From Lama guanicoe (lineage: Eukaryota): a stretch of 64,000 bases of DNA. Position numbers and translations under genes: made by a program. The notes beneath the pieces are model-generated. The model was not told the DNA's origin. It saw only the letters and a program-made list of their open reading frames with translations, and searched no databases. The stretch lies in the NCBI GenBank assembly GCA_013239625.1, contig MU053758.1, positions 1,550,001-1,614,000 on the forward strand, in the 5' to 3' direction. Below are positions 37,390 through 50,971 of the stretch, piece after piece; the first letter of the stretch is position 1; every line of letters starts with the position of its first letter.

Positions 37390-38000
37390 TCATTCATTCT
37401 CGTGCATTCAGAAGCAGCGTGCTGAGCCCAACCTCTGCGCCAGGTCCCATGCCAGGAGCTGGGGACTTGACTGCCAACAAAGCAGAGATGGTCCCAGCTT
37501 TACAGAACTCACAGCCCAAAGGGGGAGATGTTGGTCAAAATAACCTCATAAGTATATAGACACCAATTCAAGAGTGCTGTGAGAGGGACCTGACCTGGTC
37601 TGGGAGCCAGAGGAGGTATCTCTGGGGAGTGACCTTTTGCTGAGAACTACAGGGTGGGTAGGAGTTAATTAGGGTGTGGGTTGGTGAGGCAGGGAGGGAG
37701 CTAGGGAAGAGAGAACAGCATTCCAGAAACAGCACGTGCAAAGGACCTAAGGCTGGAAAGGTGCCTGGTCCTCAAAGGAACTGGAAGGAAGCCAGGATAA
37801 CCAGAGCCTAGAGTAAGGGGGTGTGGTGGGCGTGGAACCCAGACTCACGTCCCACAATGCCTAGCTGTCATAATGTTAAAACAATTAGTCTGGACATCAG
37901 GGGCGAGAGGAGTGATGGAGACTCGGAGCAGAGTGGTGGGCATGGTGAAGTGGGTGGACTCAGGAGACATTTGGGAAGCAGAGTCCGTTGTTGGATGGGT
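37390..38000 (-). mobile_element. L2 LINE remnant
   Basis: tcattcattc...gtgctgagcccaactctgcgccagg...agcattccaga...acagcacgtgcaaaggacctaaggc, an antisense L2 pattern. Boundaries approximate. Confidence 0.6.
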
Positions 38001-39909
38001 GGGATGTAGGGCTGGGGCCATAATGCCTCCTGCTTATCAGTTCCCAGAATGCTTTCCCAGAAACTTTGTCAGGCTGCTGTCCCGAGCTTCATTTTGTAGC
38101 TGAAGAAATAAGAAAACCCACTGGCAAGTGTAACCCTTTCTCCAGATCAGCCTTCTCGATGCTGGGCCATTGGTCTCTGGCTCACAAGCCTTCTATTCCT
38201 CACCCTAGTGCCCTGTGGGTTAGCTCAGCTTTTCCCACCTAGCACCAGACTGTGGGTAGGGGGCACCCAAGAGGCCAAGGTGATGTGTGGGTGTGTGTCA
38301 CACTTATCCCAAGAGGCTGCTCTGCTCTTAAATGAAGTAATGCATGTTAAGCATGCCTGGCCTATAGTAAGGGCTGAACAAATACTAATTACTGCTGTGA
38401 CTGTTACTACGTCCCCCAGTGTAAGGCCAGACCCATGGTGGGGGAGGATCTGGGGCCAAAGGCAATGGCATCTGTCCTCTTCTGACCACAGAAGCCCAGC
38501 CCAGAAACCATCCCAGCTCCCCCATGGACAGAAGCCAGGGGAGGTGGTTTGTCCCTGCAGAGCCACCATCCCCTCCACCCTTCTAGCTGCCTCTGGGGCA
38601 TCATGGGCTGGATTAGGGAGAGGTTCAACTCTAAGCAGGGTGAAGGGATGACCTGGGTAGGTTGAACAGGGCCTGGGGTGAGGGGGTGGGTGGTTTCAGG
38701 GGTGGAGCTGAGAACCTCTCCCTGCAGGGAGCCCCATGTGCCCTTGGGGAGACTTTCGGAATCTGCCAAGACCTGCCCTGGGAGGGGACATGGTCTCAGC
38801 TTGACTGGGACTGTGCACTCCCCTGAAAGAAACCAATGAGTGCACCTGTTGTCTCTGCTCAGGTGGTCAGACAACAGGAAGGACTTTCGGAGAGCCATGC
38901 CCAAAGTTCTCCCCCTGTCTCCTCTGAAATGAGGAGTGCAGAGTCAGAGGATGGATATGATGATTTTGGAGAGGAGTCATTGTAAGCATTCTCTTGCCTT
39001 TAAGAATCACTGCCTCTAACACAATCTAGTCTGAAAAGGGGCTCTGGCCTCGGTCTAGAACTCCTTGAACAACCAAAGCGAGACTCTTCCTAAGGTCCCA
39101 CAATTGCTCTGTCCTGCAGAAGAGCCTGCTCGTCTATAGGAGATGAGGAGGGTGATCTTGGGGCCTGGTTGGGGGCATGGAGAATGCAGTGAGGGAGGCT
39201 AGGTGGAGGAAATGAGGGCACCCTGCCCCCTCTGGGGCTGTGAGGGAGATAAATGTGCCAAACCTGGGCCAGCAGGGGGCTCTGCCGCACGCGGGAGCTG
39301 CCTGCGTCTCTGACAAGACTGTGCATCCTTCAGGGTGCAGGCATGATTTCCTTGGAGTATGTGCACGAGAGAGCATGCAAAAACAGAGGCTTACCTCCAT
39401 GTGCACACCGTTGTGTGTGTGTGTATATGTTATGGGTGGTGTGTAAGCATATATAGGCATGGAAAAGATGTGTGCTGAGGGGGGTTGGGCCTCAGGAGTC
39501 AGGAACCCCTCCCACGTAGCCTAGCTTTGGCTAGGAAAACTCTTCCAAGGTCCTGACACCTTGGGATGTGGCATCTCAAGAAACCGTGCATTCATAGTCC
39601 AGCCACTGATAGATGGTAGGTCCTCATGCCGAGGACCTACTGTGTGCAAGATTTAGACATCCCTGGCAGCCTGAGAGCTCCCCCTGTGTGGGGACTACTA
39701 GGGTCCCAAAGATGACAACAGGGGCTCTGAGAAGGCACAATGGAGAAGGGTGGGAGGGAAAGGGCTTCCTGGCAGGAGGTACCCAGCTGTCCTGGGCAAC
39801 CTCTGTGGGCAGGGCCTGCTCCTGGGCCCCAAGGGAAGACCTGTACATTTGTTCCATCTTCTTTCAACAATATTTATATTTTCTCATTTGAATTCTGACT
39901 CTGCCATTT

Positions 39910-40730
39910 TTTTTAGTACGTAGTAAAATATACACAACTTAAAATTTATCATTTTTTGAGGGAGGAATAACTCAGTGATAGAGTGTGTACTTAGCATGCA
40001 CGAGGTCCTGTGTTCAATCCCTGGTACCTCCATCAAAAAATAAAAAAGGAAAAGAATAAATACACTTTAAAAAATGCTCTCTGGTTAATATTCAATAAAA
40101 AAATAAAATTTATCATTTTTAAGTGTGCAGTTCAGTGGCGTTAAGTACATTCACATTGCTGTGTGACCATCACCACTGCACACCTCCAGAACTTTTTCAT
40201 CTTCCCAAACTGAAACTCTATACCCACTAAACAATAACTTACATTCCCCTTTCCCCCAGCCCTTGGCAGCCACCATTCTGTTTCTTGTCTCTGTGAATCT
40301 AGGTATCTCATATCAGTAGAAACATACAATATTTGTACTTTTGCGTCTGGCTTATTTCACTTAGCATGTCTTCAAGGTTCATCCATGTTGTACTGTGTGT
40401 TAGAATTTCCTTGCTTTTTAAAACCGAATAAAATTCCATTATATGTGTATACCACATTTTGTTTATCCATGTCCAACCCAATGGATATTTGGGTTGTTTC
40501 CACCTTTTGGCTATTATGAATAATGCTGCTATGAACATCATTGTAGAAATATCTGTTTGAGTCTCTGCTTTCACTTCTTTTGGGTACATGGCCAGAAGGG
40601 AAATTGCTGGACCATATTATAATTCTATGTTTAATTTTTTGAGTAACCATCATATTGTTTTCCACCATTCTGCAGTCCCACCAGCAAGGCACAAGAGTTC
40701 CAATTTCTCCACATTCTTGCCATCAGCAAG
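39910..40730 (-). mobile_element. Old L1 3' fragment interrupted by a SINE
   Basis: aagtgtgcagttcagtggcgttaagtacattcaca...ggcttatttcacttagcat. The ORF at 40308-40589 (MFIAALFIIAKRWKQPK...WINKMWY...WMNLE) is L1 ORF2 C-terminus. Confidence 0.88.
39958..40103 (+). mobile_element. vic-1-like tRNA-derived SINE nested in L1
   Basis: GAGGGAGGAATAACTCAGTGATAGAG...TTAGCATGCACGAGGTCCTGTGTTCAATCCCTGGTACCTCC plus an A-rich tail. 17-bp TSD TAAAATTTATCATTTTT at 39940-39956 and 40104-40120. Confidence 0.88.
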
Positions 40731-41684
40731 TCATTTTTGAGAGCATACTATGTACAAAGCACTCTAGCGGTACAGATGCATTTCCTAAAATTCAGTAGAT
40801 GTTGTCCTTAGGAAGCTCTCAGTCTAACAAGGAGACTCGGGTCAGGCCCTTGAGCAGTCTCCAGTCTGAGGGTAAAGACACAGGCCAAGATGTCTCGGAG
40901 ACTCTGGACTAACACAGGCAAACAACCACCACAGCCAAAAAAGCAAACCCCTGCTCTCAGGGAGCCCAATCTGATAGAGGAAGCATAGCTTCTTCCTTCT
41001 GGGGAACAGACAGACCCAGAGCCCAGAATGGATACACGGAGGGTGGTATTGAGACAGCTGAGGGGCTGCAGAGTGGAGTAAATCCGGGGGCGGAGAGGGC
41101 TTGTGGTGGGCCCTGGCCCACACTGGCGCGCTATTGCCTGGGCAGTGGCCCCGCTGTTTACTTTGTGGCCGGTTCCAGACTCACCCTTTTCTGCAAGTGC
41201 TTATTTCCCACCATGAGGAAAGATATTCATCTGTAGTTTCCCCTCCCTCTGGTGTCCCCAAGGAGGGACTTGGCTCTCCTGCTGGGAGAGGGCCCTGCCA
41301 GCCTGGCACCTTCGCCTTGTTCCCTGTTAGCTGGGAGCAGGCTCCATCCTGGGGTCTCATGTCGCCCACCCCTTCCCCACTCCCAAAGGGCCTACGGACA
41401 AGGCTCTGGGCCTGTGGAAGTTCTGCTGTGTAAGTAGGGGCTCCTGATGACTCCTCCCTGCTTGAGGGGAGGTGGGCATGTGGGAGCCCCTGGGGGGCCA
41501 GCAATGGGAGGTGGTGGTGGTGCCCACGAGATTAGGTCCTCCTGGATCTGTATAGACCTCTGTGAGTGTCTGCATGTGTCACAGTGTCTCTGTGTACACA
41601 TGGCTGAATTGTCTGCACATCTGACTGTAAGTGGTTGGGTGTGTGAGAGTATGAATATCCAAAAGACAAGGAAAACATTTTGCA

Positions 41685-42180
41685 TTAACCTTGAGGGCAT
41701 TTTGCTAAGTGAAATAAGTCAGACAGAGAAAGACACTGTATGTATCTCACTTGTATGTGGAATCGAAAACAAACAAACAGAAACCCCCAAACCCCAAGCT
41801 CTCAGATACAGAGAACACATTGGTGGTTCCCAGAAGTGGGGGTGGGTGGGTGAAATGGGTGAAGGGAGTCAAAAGGTACAAACTTCAGTTATAAAATAAA
41901 TAAGTTCTGGGGATGTAATGAACAGCATGGCAATGACAGTTAGTAATAGAGTATTGCATATTTGAAAGTTGCTAAGAGGGTAGATCTTCAAAGTTCTCAT
42001 CACAAGGAAAAAAATTCCGTAAACTATGTATGGTGACAGGTATTTAGACTTATTGTGATGATCATTTCCAAATATATATAAATACCTAATCATTGTGCTG
42101 TACACCCGAAACTAATACGTCATATGCCAGTGTTACTGCAATAAAATTTTTTGTAAAAGAAAAAGAAAGAAAAAACAAAA
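41685..42180 (+). mobile_element. L1 3' fragment (sense)
   Basis: aaccttgagggcattttgctaagtgaaataagtcagacagagaaagac (NLEGILLSEISQTEKD, L1 ORF2 end), L1MA-type 3'UTR, aataaa and an A-rich tail. Confidence 0.85.
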
Positions 42181-42199
42181 GCTTGCATTGATTGAACCC

Positions 42200-42400
42200 C
42201 GACTACGTGCTCAGGATTGTCTTTAATTTACTTAACTCTCCCAACAACCCATGAGGTGGAACTTGGTGTTTTTCTCATTTTATTTGTGAGGAACCAAGGC
42301 TCAAAGAGGTTAAGTAGCTCACCCGAGGTCTCACAGCCAGAAAGAGGTAGAGGCAGAGCTCGGACCCAGGAGTCCTGGACTTCTAGAGGACCCCAGAGCC
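42200..42400 (-). mobile_element. MIR SINE remnant
   Basis: ctctcccaacaacccatgagg...cattttatttgtgaggaaccaaggctcaaagaggttaagtagctcacccgaggtctcacagc. Confidence 0.65.
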
Positions 42401-45400
42401 CATGTGCTAACCTCTGAGCCATACTGCCACTGGAGGATCTAGGGGACTCTGTGCCGTGTGGAGTTGTGTTGGTCCCTCCTTGAGATGGCAGTGGGATTCC
42501 TGGCCTCACAAGTGCTTCCTCCTCTGTATTCTCTCACCCTCCCCTCCTCCAGCCTTTCTTGGCTCTGACCCAGTTTCAGAGTGGGAGGGGAGTGTCACAG
42601 CACCCCAACTCAGAGCAAGACTGGCCCTAAATGGGGGGAGCACAGGGACTGGAGGGACCCTCTGGACCACCCCGCCCCTGCCATGGGCCAGACCGAGTGT
42701 GGGGTCCCCAGGTTCCCAGTGACACAGGGTTATTTGCACATAGAGGGTGCTGGGGAGACTCATGCCTGCTTGGCCGGCTCGTCAGCTTGGCCTGTTGGGG
42801 CATGTCTGGACTGCACACAAGTAGTGCTGGGAAGCAGGCATCTGAGTGGAGCTAAAGGGTGGAGGAGGACGGAGGGGGCGGCCGCCCTTGAGCGAGGAGA
42901 CTGGGGCAGGGGTCAGAGGCCCGGGCGTGGGCGGGGCGAGCGGGCATGCCTCGGGTATCGCATTGCCTGCATGCCTGGGATGGACAGGCTGGCAGAGGAT
43001 TTGCTTTGTCTGTGTGTCAGGTTGCAGGGTGGTTATGGGTCCCAGTTTGGTGCTGCACGAGTGTATGGAACCAGTTGGAGCTTTAGAAATGCCGGATGGT
43101 TTTCTTGGGGTGGGGGCATTGTTTGTCCTGTGGTTTGGAGTCTACATGCTGGGAGGAGGCACTAAGCAAGTAAGAGGAAGGAAAGGCAGGCGGATTGCCC
43201 TGAGTCCCTCTGTCTCTCACTTCCTGAACCACACGCCCTTCAGTGGTATCAGTTTCCCTCCTTCTCATACCATGTGTCCCTTGGGCCCCAGGATGCTCTC
43301 TTCTTCCTGGATTCCTGGTTGTCAGGCTGGCCCCCTGCTGTCTTCCGCTTCTCCATCCCAGGCCACCCTCTTGTTCAAAAGCTAACCTGGGAGGGCCCTA
43401 ACAGCATCCTCAAATAAAGTGTCCCCTTCCAGAGGGAAGAGGCCCCGAACCCCTGACGCAGGGTCTCCTTTGGAGCAGACATTCAAGACGCAATTGTTGA
43501 CTAGATGAATGAGAGGATAATGGAAAGAGATCTATTGGAGTTAGGAAGGCCTTGAACCAGTTACTTGTCCTCATCAAGCCTCTACTTACGCATCTAAAAA
43601 ATGGGTATAAAACAATCTCAACTAGCCAATTCTTAGGGTAAGAATCAAATGAGATAAAGTGAAAGGGCTTTCAAACAGTTAAGGATGATGATCTCATTTG
43701 GAGAGAGGAAGACTGGATGCCCTCCCTTTGGGGGTGCAACCCTCAAGCCCTCCCCCAGGGACCTTGGGGAAGATAAGGTTGAATGGATTTTGCAAGCTGG
43801 TCAAACTAGAGGATGATGGGAGGGACTACTCAGCGGGGTAATTCCTGATTTGGGGGGAGGAAGCTGGGGAGGGTGTAGGGGAGGAGGACTCACACTAGGC
43901 AGGAAGGCTTGGAATAGAATCTCAGCTACGCCTGGTATTTCCCAGCCCTTGGCCCCCTCCCCCCACTGCAATCTGGGGCCCACCCCACATTCCTTTCCCA
44001 GAGGAAATGGGGGAGGGGGCTGAGAGGCTCCCCAGGCCTGGAAGATCATTTATTCAAACTATGTATAAGCTTCTAGGTCCTACTGTGTGTCCCCTGGTCC
44101 TGACATCCTGTAGAGGCAGCTGGGATAGAGGTGTGGAGTGGGGCGGGGAGGTGTGCATTTGCGTTAGAGGAGGCTGTTACCTCCTTTTTAGGGCCTTGTT
44201 GCTCCTCCCAGGTTAGAGGGCAGGAGATGGGCGGCATATGTGGCTTATCGTTTCCCAGGTCTCTGCGGCCCTGGACACAGAAACCCCAGGCTGCTTCTCC
44301 ACCCAGCCTCTCCCTGCGACCCTCAGGGCTGTCAGCAGTTTCAAGGGAGGGAGGTGGATCCTTGATCCAGACACACAGAAGCACCTGTTGGCCGTGAGTG
44401 GGGAGGGTCAGTCCATTTCCTCGGAACCAGGAACTGGATTTGCAGCAAGAAGAAAGAAAGTTAGGCATCAGGAGGGACTAACTGGCTGCTTCCTGGGAGA
44501 GCAGGTCAGACTCTGTGCGGGACATCCCTATGGTCATTGCCCTCTGTTTGGGGCAGCAGAGTCTGACATGGCTGAGGACATCTTGGCGGTGCTTCCAGCT
44601 GGTCTGAGGGCCTGGCCTTTGGAGGGGATGACAGGGAGGCGCAGGGCAGGCTAGGGCAGGAGTGGTCCTGACCCAGAAGCCTTGGTCTTCTAGTGACTGG
44701 AGATGGAGGGAGGTGCTGATGGGGATGCTCCGAGTCCTGCTCCCCCTAACTGCAGTCCTTTCCCGCTCAGCCCCAAGCTCTCCTGACTCAGCCCTGGTGG
44801 CAGCCTCGCTCTTCCCGTCTGGCTTCCGCCAGGGTGGGGGTGGGGGTCCAGCTCCAGCACAGGGGGCCCAGCAAGCGGCAAACAGGAAACAGGAGAACAA
44901 AACCGCTCCCTGGTCCCCACAGGCCTCACCCTCACCCTTCCTCCTCCCTCCCTTGCTCCTGCCCACCCCCACCGTCCTCTGTTTCTCCTCCTTCTGCCCC
45001 TTGGTTTCCCCTCCTCTCCATGCCCTCCATCTTTCTCCTCTACCTCCCACATGTACCTCCATCCTGGCTGAGGACAGCAGGTGATGGGACAAGGGAGGGA
45101 AAGGGACGCTCACTCTTCTACTTGGCTCTCCCTTCTGGTAACTGCACCCACAAGGGCCCAACCCTATGACTCTACCTCCCCCGACTCCTAGATTTGGGAG
45201 CAGAGTTGGGCTGGATCTGCTCCTCCCGTCCCCAATGCTGGTTAGAATTTAGGTATAAGATCCAAAGATGGAATGAGGGGCTCTGGGCTTGGAGTCCCAG
45301 TGTGGCTGTGGTAAGTGGGGTGCTCGTTGACTTCCACTGCTTCCTTCTCTGAAAATTGGGTCAGAGCAGTGGCCCCAGACCCCAGTGAGAAGCTGTAGGG

Positions 45401-46439
45401 GGAAGCACACTGTTTGTGAACAGCCAAGTGGGATAGAAACGTTGGTGGCGATGACACACCTATTAGCCAAGGCCTCTGCGGGCCCCACCCGGGAAGGGGC
45501 CTGGGAAGAGAGAGAGCCAGGAAGGGGAGGAGGGCAAGGACTGCCATCCACTTGGGCTTCCTGTCTGACTCACATGCTGAGGGTGAGGCGGGGGCCAGCT
45601 TGGAGCCCATTGTCAGCTTGGTGATGGCCCCTCTGGGTAGAGCTAATGGGCAGTGGGTCCTGGGAAAGAGGGTCAGTCACATGTTTCCACGGTGGATGGT
45701 TGGAAGGGTAGAGCATGACTCTGATGTGGGATGATATGAGGGCTCTGCTCTCTGTGCAGGGCAGCATGTGTGTGCGTGTGCACGTGTGCACGTCCATGAG
45801 TATGAGGGCTGAGGGGGCATGGTGGCCATGGACATGGAGCAGGTGTGATGGGGAGTGTGTGCACATCCTGCATCTAATTTCATGGGGTTTGTGGATTTCT
45901 CTGTGGGGTGTGTGTGTATTGTACGGGTGCGTATGTGGGGGGCTTGGTGTGCTTTTAGGGGCACAGTGGGTATGCTTGCAAATAGGTCTCTGTGGGGATT
46001 TTGAGCCATTGTATACATGGGAGAGTGTCCAAAGTGTGTGCACACACAGAAGGGTGTCCACCTGCAATGAATATGTATGTGAGGGGAATAGTGTGTGTGT
46101 GTTTCTGTGTGGCACGTGGACAGAGGGAGAGTGTGTGTGTGTAGGTTGGTGTATGGGTGTGGGGTGGGTAGGGTGTGGGGGGGTGTCTAGATGTGTGTGG
46201 TGTGGGTCTGTAAGGGTGGGTAAGGTGTGTTTACACGTGTAGCGTGGAAATCTGTATTTCTCTGGGGCGCAGGAAGCTGGATGAGCTTTGGCTGGGAGGA
46301 GTATAGCGTGCGGGAGGGTACAGTGAGTTTTTGTCTGAGTAGGGGGTGAGGGGTGTGTGCGCGCCCATATGGGGTGTGCAGTGTGACTGCGGGGACGCTA
46401 TGTAGGGAGGGCCTCTCGTGTGTGGGTGTGTGAGTGTGG

Positions 46440-47365
46440 GATGGGGCGGCCGCGGACAGGGGCCGCCCCGAAGGGGGAGGCGTCTGCCCTGCGCGACTCG
46501 TCGGCGTGTCCGGGTTCGGGCGCCTTCGGCCGGGAGGCGCGGGAGGCGCGGAGCCGCTCCAGCCGTCCTGCCGCCGTCCGCGCGGGCCGTCCGTCCCCTC
46601 GGAGCCCCAGGGCCCCGGGCCCGCGGCTCCGGGGGGCGGGCGAGGACCCCCAGGGCCCGCCCGCCGCCTCCCGGGGGGCCGAGGATCCCGCCCGCCAGAC
46701 GCCGAGGAACGGCCGCCAGCCCCCTCGCGGCGCGCCCCGCTCCGGAAGCCGGGCCCGCGGCGCGCTGNNNNNNNNNNNNNNNNNNNNNNNNNNNNNNNNN
46801 NNNNNNNNNNNNNNNNNNNNNNNNNNNNNNNNNNNNNNNNNNNNNNNNNNNNNNNNNNNNNNNNNNNNNNNNNNNNNNNNNNNNNNNNNNNNNNNNNNNN
46901 NNNNNNNNNNNNNNNNNNNNNNNNNNNNNNNNNNNNNNNNNNNNNNNNNNNNNNNNNNNNNNNNNNNNNNNNNNNNNNNNNNNNNNNNNNNNNNNNNNNN
47001 NNNNNNNNNNNNNNNNNNNNNNNNNNNNNNNNNNNNNNNNNNNNNNNNNNNNNNNNNNNNNNNNNNNNNNNNNNNNNNNNNNNNNNNNNNNNNNNNNNNN
47101 NNNNNNNNNNNNNNNNNNNNNNNNNNNNNNNNNNNNNNNNNNNNNNNNNNNNNNNNNNNNNNNNNNNNNNNNNNNNNNNNNNNNNNNNNNNNNNNNNNNN
47201 NNNNNNNNNNNNNNNNNNNNNNNNNNNNNNNNNNNNNNNNNNNNNNNNNNNNNNNNNNNNNNNNNNNNNNNNNNNNNNNNNNNNNNNNNNNNNNNNNNNN
47301 NNNNNGAGCGCTGCGGGGCTGACGGAGTCGGGGTCGGGGTCGGGGTCGGGGGCAGGGCCCGGGCC
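46440..47365. promoter_or_regulatory. Intronic CpG island (candidate alternative ARHGAP23 promoter) spanning an assembly gap
   Basis: Very high CpG density at 46440-46767, continuing after the gap, with (GGGGTC)n at 47330-47352. Confidence 0.7.
46768..47305. other. Assembly gap (538 N)
   Basis: Run of N characters. Confidence 1.
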
Positions 47366-50300
47366 AGGCCTTGCCCGGGTGGGTGGGACAGGGCCACCAA
47401 CTCCCTGAGATCTTTGAGCTGTGTTGGCTTTGCATTCCGGGACCGATGCTCCAGAGTCCAGAGTGACTGAGGAGCTGGAAAGCTGCGGGTGAGGGCGACA
47501 GGGCTGTGGCCTAGAGCTTTTCCAGGGATGCTGGATGACAATCCCTAGTCTGAGTGGTGGCCTCCAGTGGGCTCAAGCCTCTTGGTTTACAAGTGGTGGA
47601 AGGCTGGAAGGGACCAGGGTTGTTTGAAGAGATGCCTGGGCATGGAATCCTGGAGAGTTTGGGCTGAGAGTGACCCTGAGTCAGAGCCAGGCAGGGGTAC
47701 CACTAATGGAGTAGAGGGCATCACTCTGCCCTCTCCCTGGTAGGGAACCTGGGCACAGGGGCACAAGGGTTTTCAAGCGCGCCAGGGAAGCTGAGGTGGC
47801 AGAATGGGCCCCAGCAGGTAGTGAGTGATCTCAGGGTGAGGACTGACAGGGCTGGAGAGGGGGTGGGGACAATGTTTCTGATGTCCGGGATCGACCAGGC
47901 TGGTAGGGTGTGAGTCACAGTGGGCACCATGCCCAGCGTGAATGCTGTGCTCCCTGCAATGACCTCTTTAAACTCCTGGGGAGGGGAGAGGCGCAGGACT
48001 CCTGGGTTCTAATTCCTGGTCTTGCCAACCCACCACGTACCAGTTCTTGTCTAATTTATGACCCTGGGGCCATCTGCCCTTCTCCCACCATTGGTATTTC
48101 TGGATATCTTTCTTTCCTGACATGAGGGTGGGCGCATTTGGAAATAGATCTGGACCAGAGAGCATTCATCAGTGATGTCCCCGTGTCCCCCAAGCCTCTC
48201 TCCATCCTCTTGTCTCTGTGCCTATCTCGGAGAGCAGGGTTAGGGATGTTTGTACCCTTTCTCAATCTAATTACCTTCCATTGCTGGCTCCTTCTCCATT
48301 TCTGCATCTTCCCCTCTGCTTCTGCACTTCCCTCCCTCTCAAGATGAGAGCAAGATCCAGTGTGGTCCCAGATCAGAGGGGAGGAGAGGAAGAGAAACAT
48401 ACATGTATAACAGCATGAAGGACTGAGGTTAAATCTAAGGTAGAAATTCCCACAGTGGAGCCGCAAAATCTGGCCGTTGATGGGGGCTGCAGTGTCTCCT
48501 CTTCAAGCAGGGGTGTGGTAGCTGTGGCAGGGGGATTACCACACTGACATTCTCAAGAGCCTTGTTGGCAGGGATGGGGGAAGGGAGACTGGAAGGAAGG
48601 CAAAGAGGAAAGGGAGAGGCAGAGATAAGGGAGGAGGCGCCAGGGGTGCCTGGGTGAGGAGAGGACCTGAGAGAGAAAGGCCTGCCCAGTGCCCTGGATT
48701 ACAGCCCCCCCACCCCCATCCCCCGGGAGTGGCACCCCCAGGCAGCTGGCAGCTCCAGGCAGGATGTGTACTGGGGGAGGGGTGGGGGGCGTGCGGGGAC
48801 CTGTCCTAGCCACTTCTCATCACTGGGGCAGCTGGTGGCTTAAACCTTAATCCAGGACACCAGCCAAACAATAGGCCCTGCAAACAGCCTCAGCTCAGCC
48901 TGGGTGGAGGGCATGTTGGGGAGGCAGCCCACACTGGGGAGGAATAGGGCTCCTGGTAGGAGGGGGCAGTGGAAGGTCCCCCGAGGCCCTCTTCTCTTTC
49001 TGATCAGTTCCTTGCCCAGTCAGCAGAGATAGGAAAGCCAGGGGATTTCAGACCTCAGCAGAATTCCCAGAGAATTTTCTCCTCTGGCCTCCTCAGACCC
49101 CCATGGGGTGTGGGGCTCAGTGGGTGAGTCCAGACTATAGCCACAAGTGGGAGGAGCTGAGGGGCCATCACTGGACCTCTGGCCTGATGCCAGAATCCCA
49201 GCTTTAGCTGAGGGTCATCCAGCTTTTGCTTGGACTCTTGCAAGGGCAGAGTTCATGACCTCATCTGGGTAGCGTTCCAGACATGTATGACTAGAATGGT
49301 CTCCTTGGCCCAGAGATGCAGTCAGCCTCTTCCACCTGACTGTGTCTTCTGGGACTATACGAGGCAAGCCTGTTGCCTCTGTCACATTTTTCTTAAATCT
49401 TCTGAGATCTGTCCCCTTTCCAAACCTCCTACTTCATGCAGAAGTCCCTAGCCTATGCCTGGACATGGGGCTGGCTCCTTCCACCAGATGTGTAAATGGG
49501 AGGGTGGGTGGATGCGGGTAGGAACTTCTTAGTATCAGGACATCTGAGTGGCAGACTCGAGATGGTGAAGGAAGGGGAACTTCGTAGTGAAGTCAGACCT
49601 CTTCACCCCAGAACTGGTGGGCTTCTTCGCTCTGTGCCCTACCATGCCTTTCTTCCCACCGCTGAAGGCTCCTGCCTGGTGCCAAGGAGGAGTGAGGGTG
49701 TGAGGATTGTTGAGGGTTGGAGGGGGTTCTTGCCCTCTGAGGGGTTTGGATTAGGGGCACCAGGCAGATGCGGCTGCCCGAGGTCAGGGGTTAACGAACC
49801 CCCAAGGGCCCCCTCCTGACTTCTCACTGGGCAGCCTGCCCTTGACTCTCATCTCCTCTGATCTGCCTCTGCCTCTCTGTGCACCCATCTCCCTGAGATC
49901 CTCCTGTCCCCTACTTTCCCTCTCTGTCTGAGCAGGGCATCTGAAGGGCACCCGTCCCCGTCTCAGGCACTGACTTCCTCTTCTCCCTCTTGCCCGAAAA
50001 CAGAGCTGTGTGCCCCTAAACCCTTGTCTTCAGACCCTCTGCCCTGTCATCTTGGGGAATCTCAAGTATTCCAGTGGGTCGGCCAGAGGGCAGCCGAGTG
50101 CCCCTCTACCCTCACCCAGTTGGTTCCCTGCTCAGTTCTGGTGAACCAGCCAGGCCTTGGAGCTGGGCTTTGAACCTGAGTCCCATCAGTCGTCTGAGGT
50201 CCGGTTGGCTCCCTTGTAGCTCTTAGTTCCCCACCTGTGCCTGCTGCTGCTTCTGCAGGATGCACGTGTGTGCTGCTCTGTCTGTGCATGTATGTGTCTG

Positions 50301-50809
50301 TGTGCGCGTGTCTCATGTCTACATAAGTGTGCGTATGTATGCTCACCTGTGTGTCTGTGGGCACATGAGTGTGCTTCTCTGGGTGTTTGTGGTGTGTTCT
50401 GTCTGGGTGAGTGTGTGTGCACGTGTCTGTGTCTGCATATCTGTGTGTGCGTGTGTGAGGTTGTGCAGCCGGCAGGGATGAGCTCAGACAGCAGCCCGCA
50501 CTTCCCGGACAGGAAGGCTGTGTGTCCAGTGCCCGGCACATAGGAGGTGCTCCGTCAAAGTTGGCTGAACTGAACCGAATGAAAACCTGGCTCGCTGCAC
50601 TGTAATTTCCCTGGACACAAAGCTCTCATGAGGGGACTGAGGAAAGAAAGAAGGGAGAAGCTGTTGGGCTGGTGATGGTGGGAGAGGAAGGAAGGGGAGA
50701 GGAGGGGGTCAGGGCAGAGGAGGGTCTTTGGACCCTGGCAGTCCGCCTCAGGTCTGTAGGAGGCCGTGTGCAGACCAGCCTCTCACCCTTGCTCCCTGTG
50801 CTCCCACAG

Positions 50810-50971
50810 CTGCCACTGGGCCCGAGAGATGGGTGCTCGCCTGGGCGGCCCCTCCCCTGGCAGAGCCCTCGGACGCTCTTGCTACACAAAAGCCTCCGGG
50901 ATGGCTTTGGCTTCACCCTGCGCCACTTCATCGTGTACCCGCCCGAGTCGGCTGTGCACTGCAGCCTGAAG
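50810..50971 (+). CDS. ARHGAP23: ARHGAP23 coding exon 2 (PDZ N-terminal part, GFGF loop)
   Basis: Acceptor ctcccacAG. Encodes [54 protein letters not shown]. Donor AAG|GTACGC; 162 nt. Confidence 0.95.

Noticed and set aside
44478..45161. 227-aa minus-strand ORF in intron 1
   Set aside because: No recognisable homology, a non-ATG start and a low-complexity purine-rich middle. Cannot be supported without conservation data.
46231..47541. 300-436 aa ORFs on both strands
   Set aside because: Their length is an artefact of translating through the 538-N gap.
50672..50809. In-frame upstream extension of exon 2 with an ATG at 50675
   Set aside because: It runs through the exon 2 polypyrimidine tract and has no promoter features. 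45 open codons is plausible by chance.
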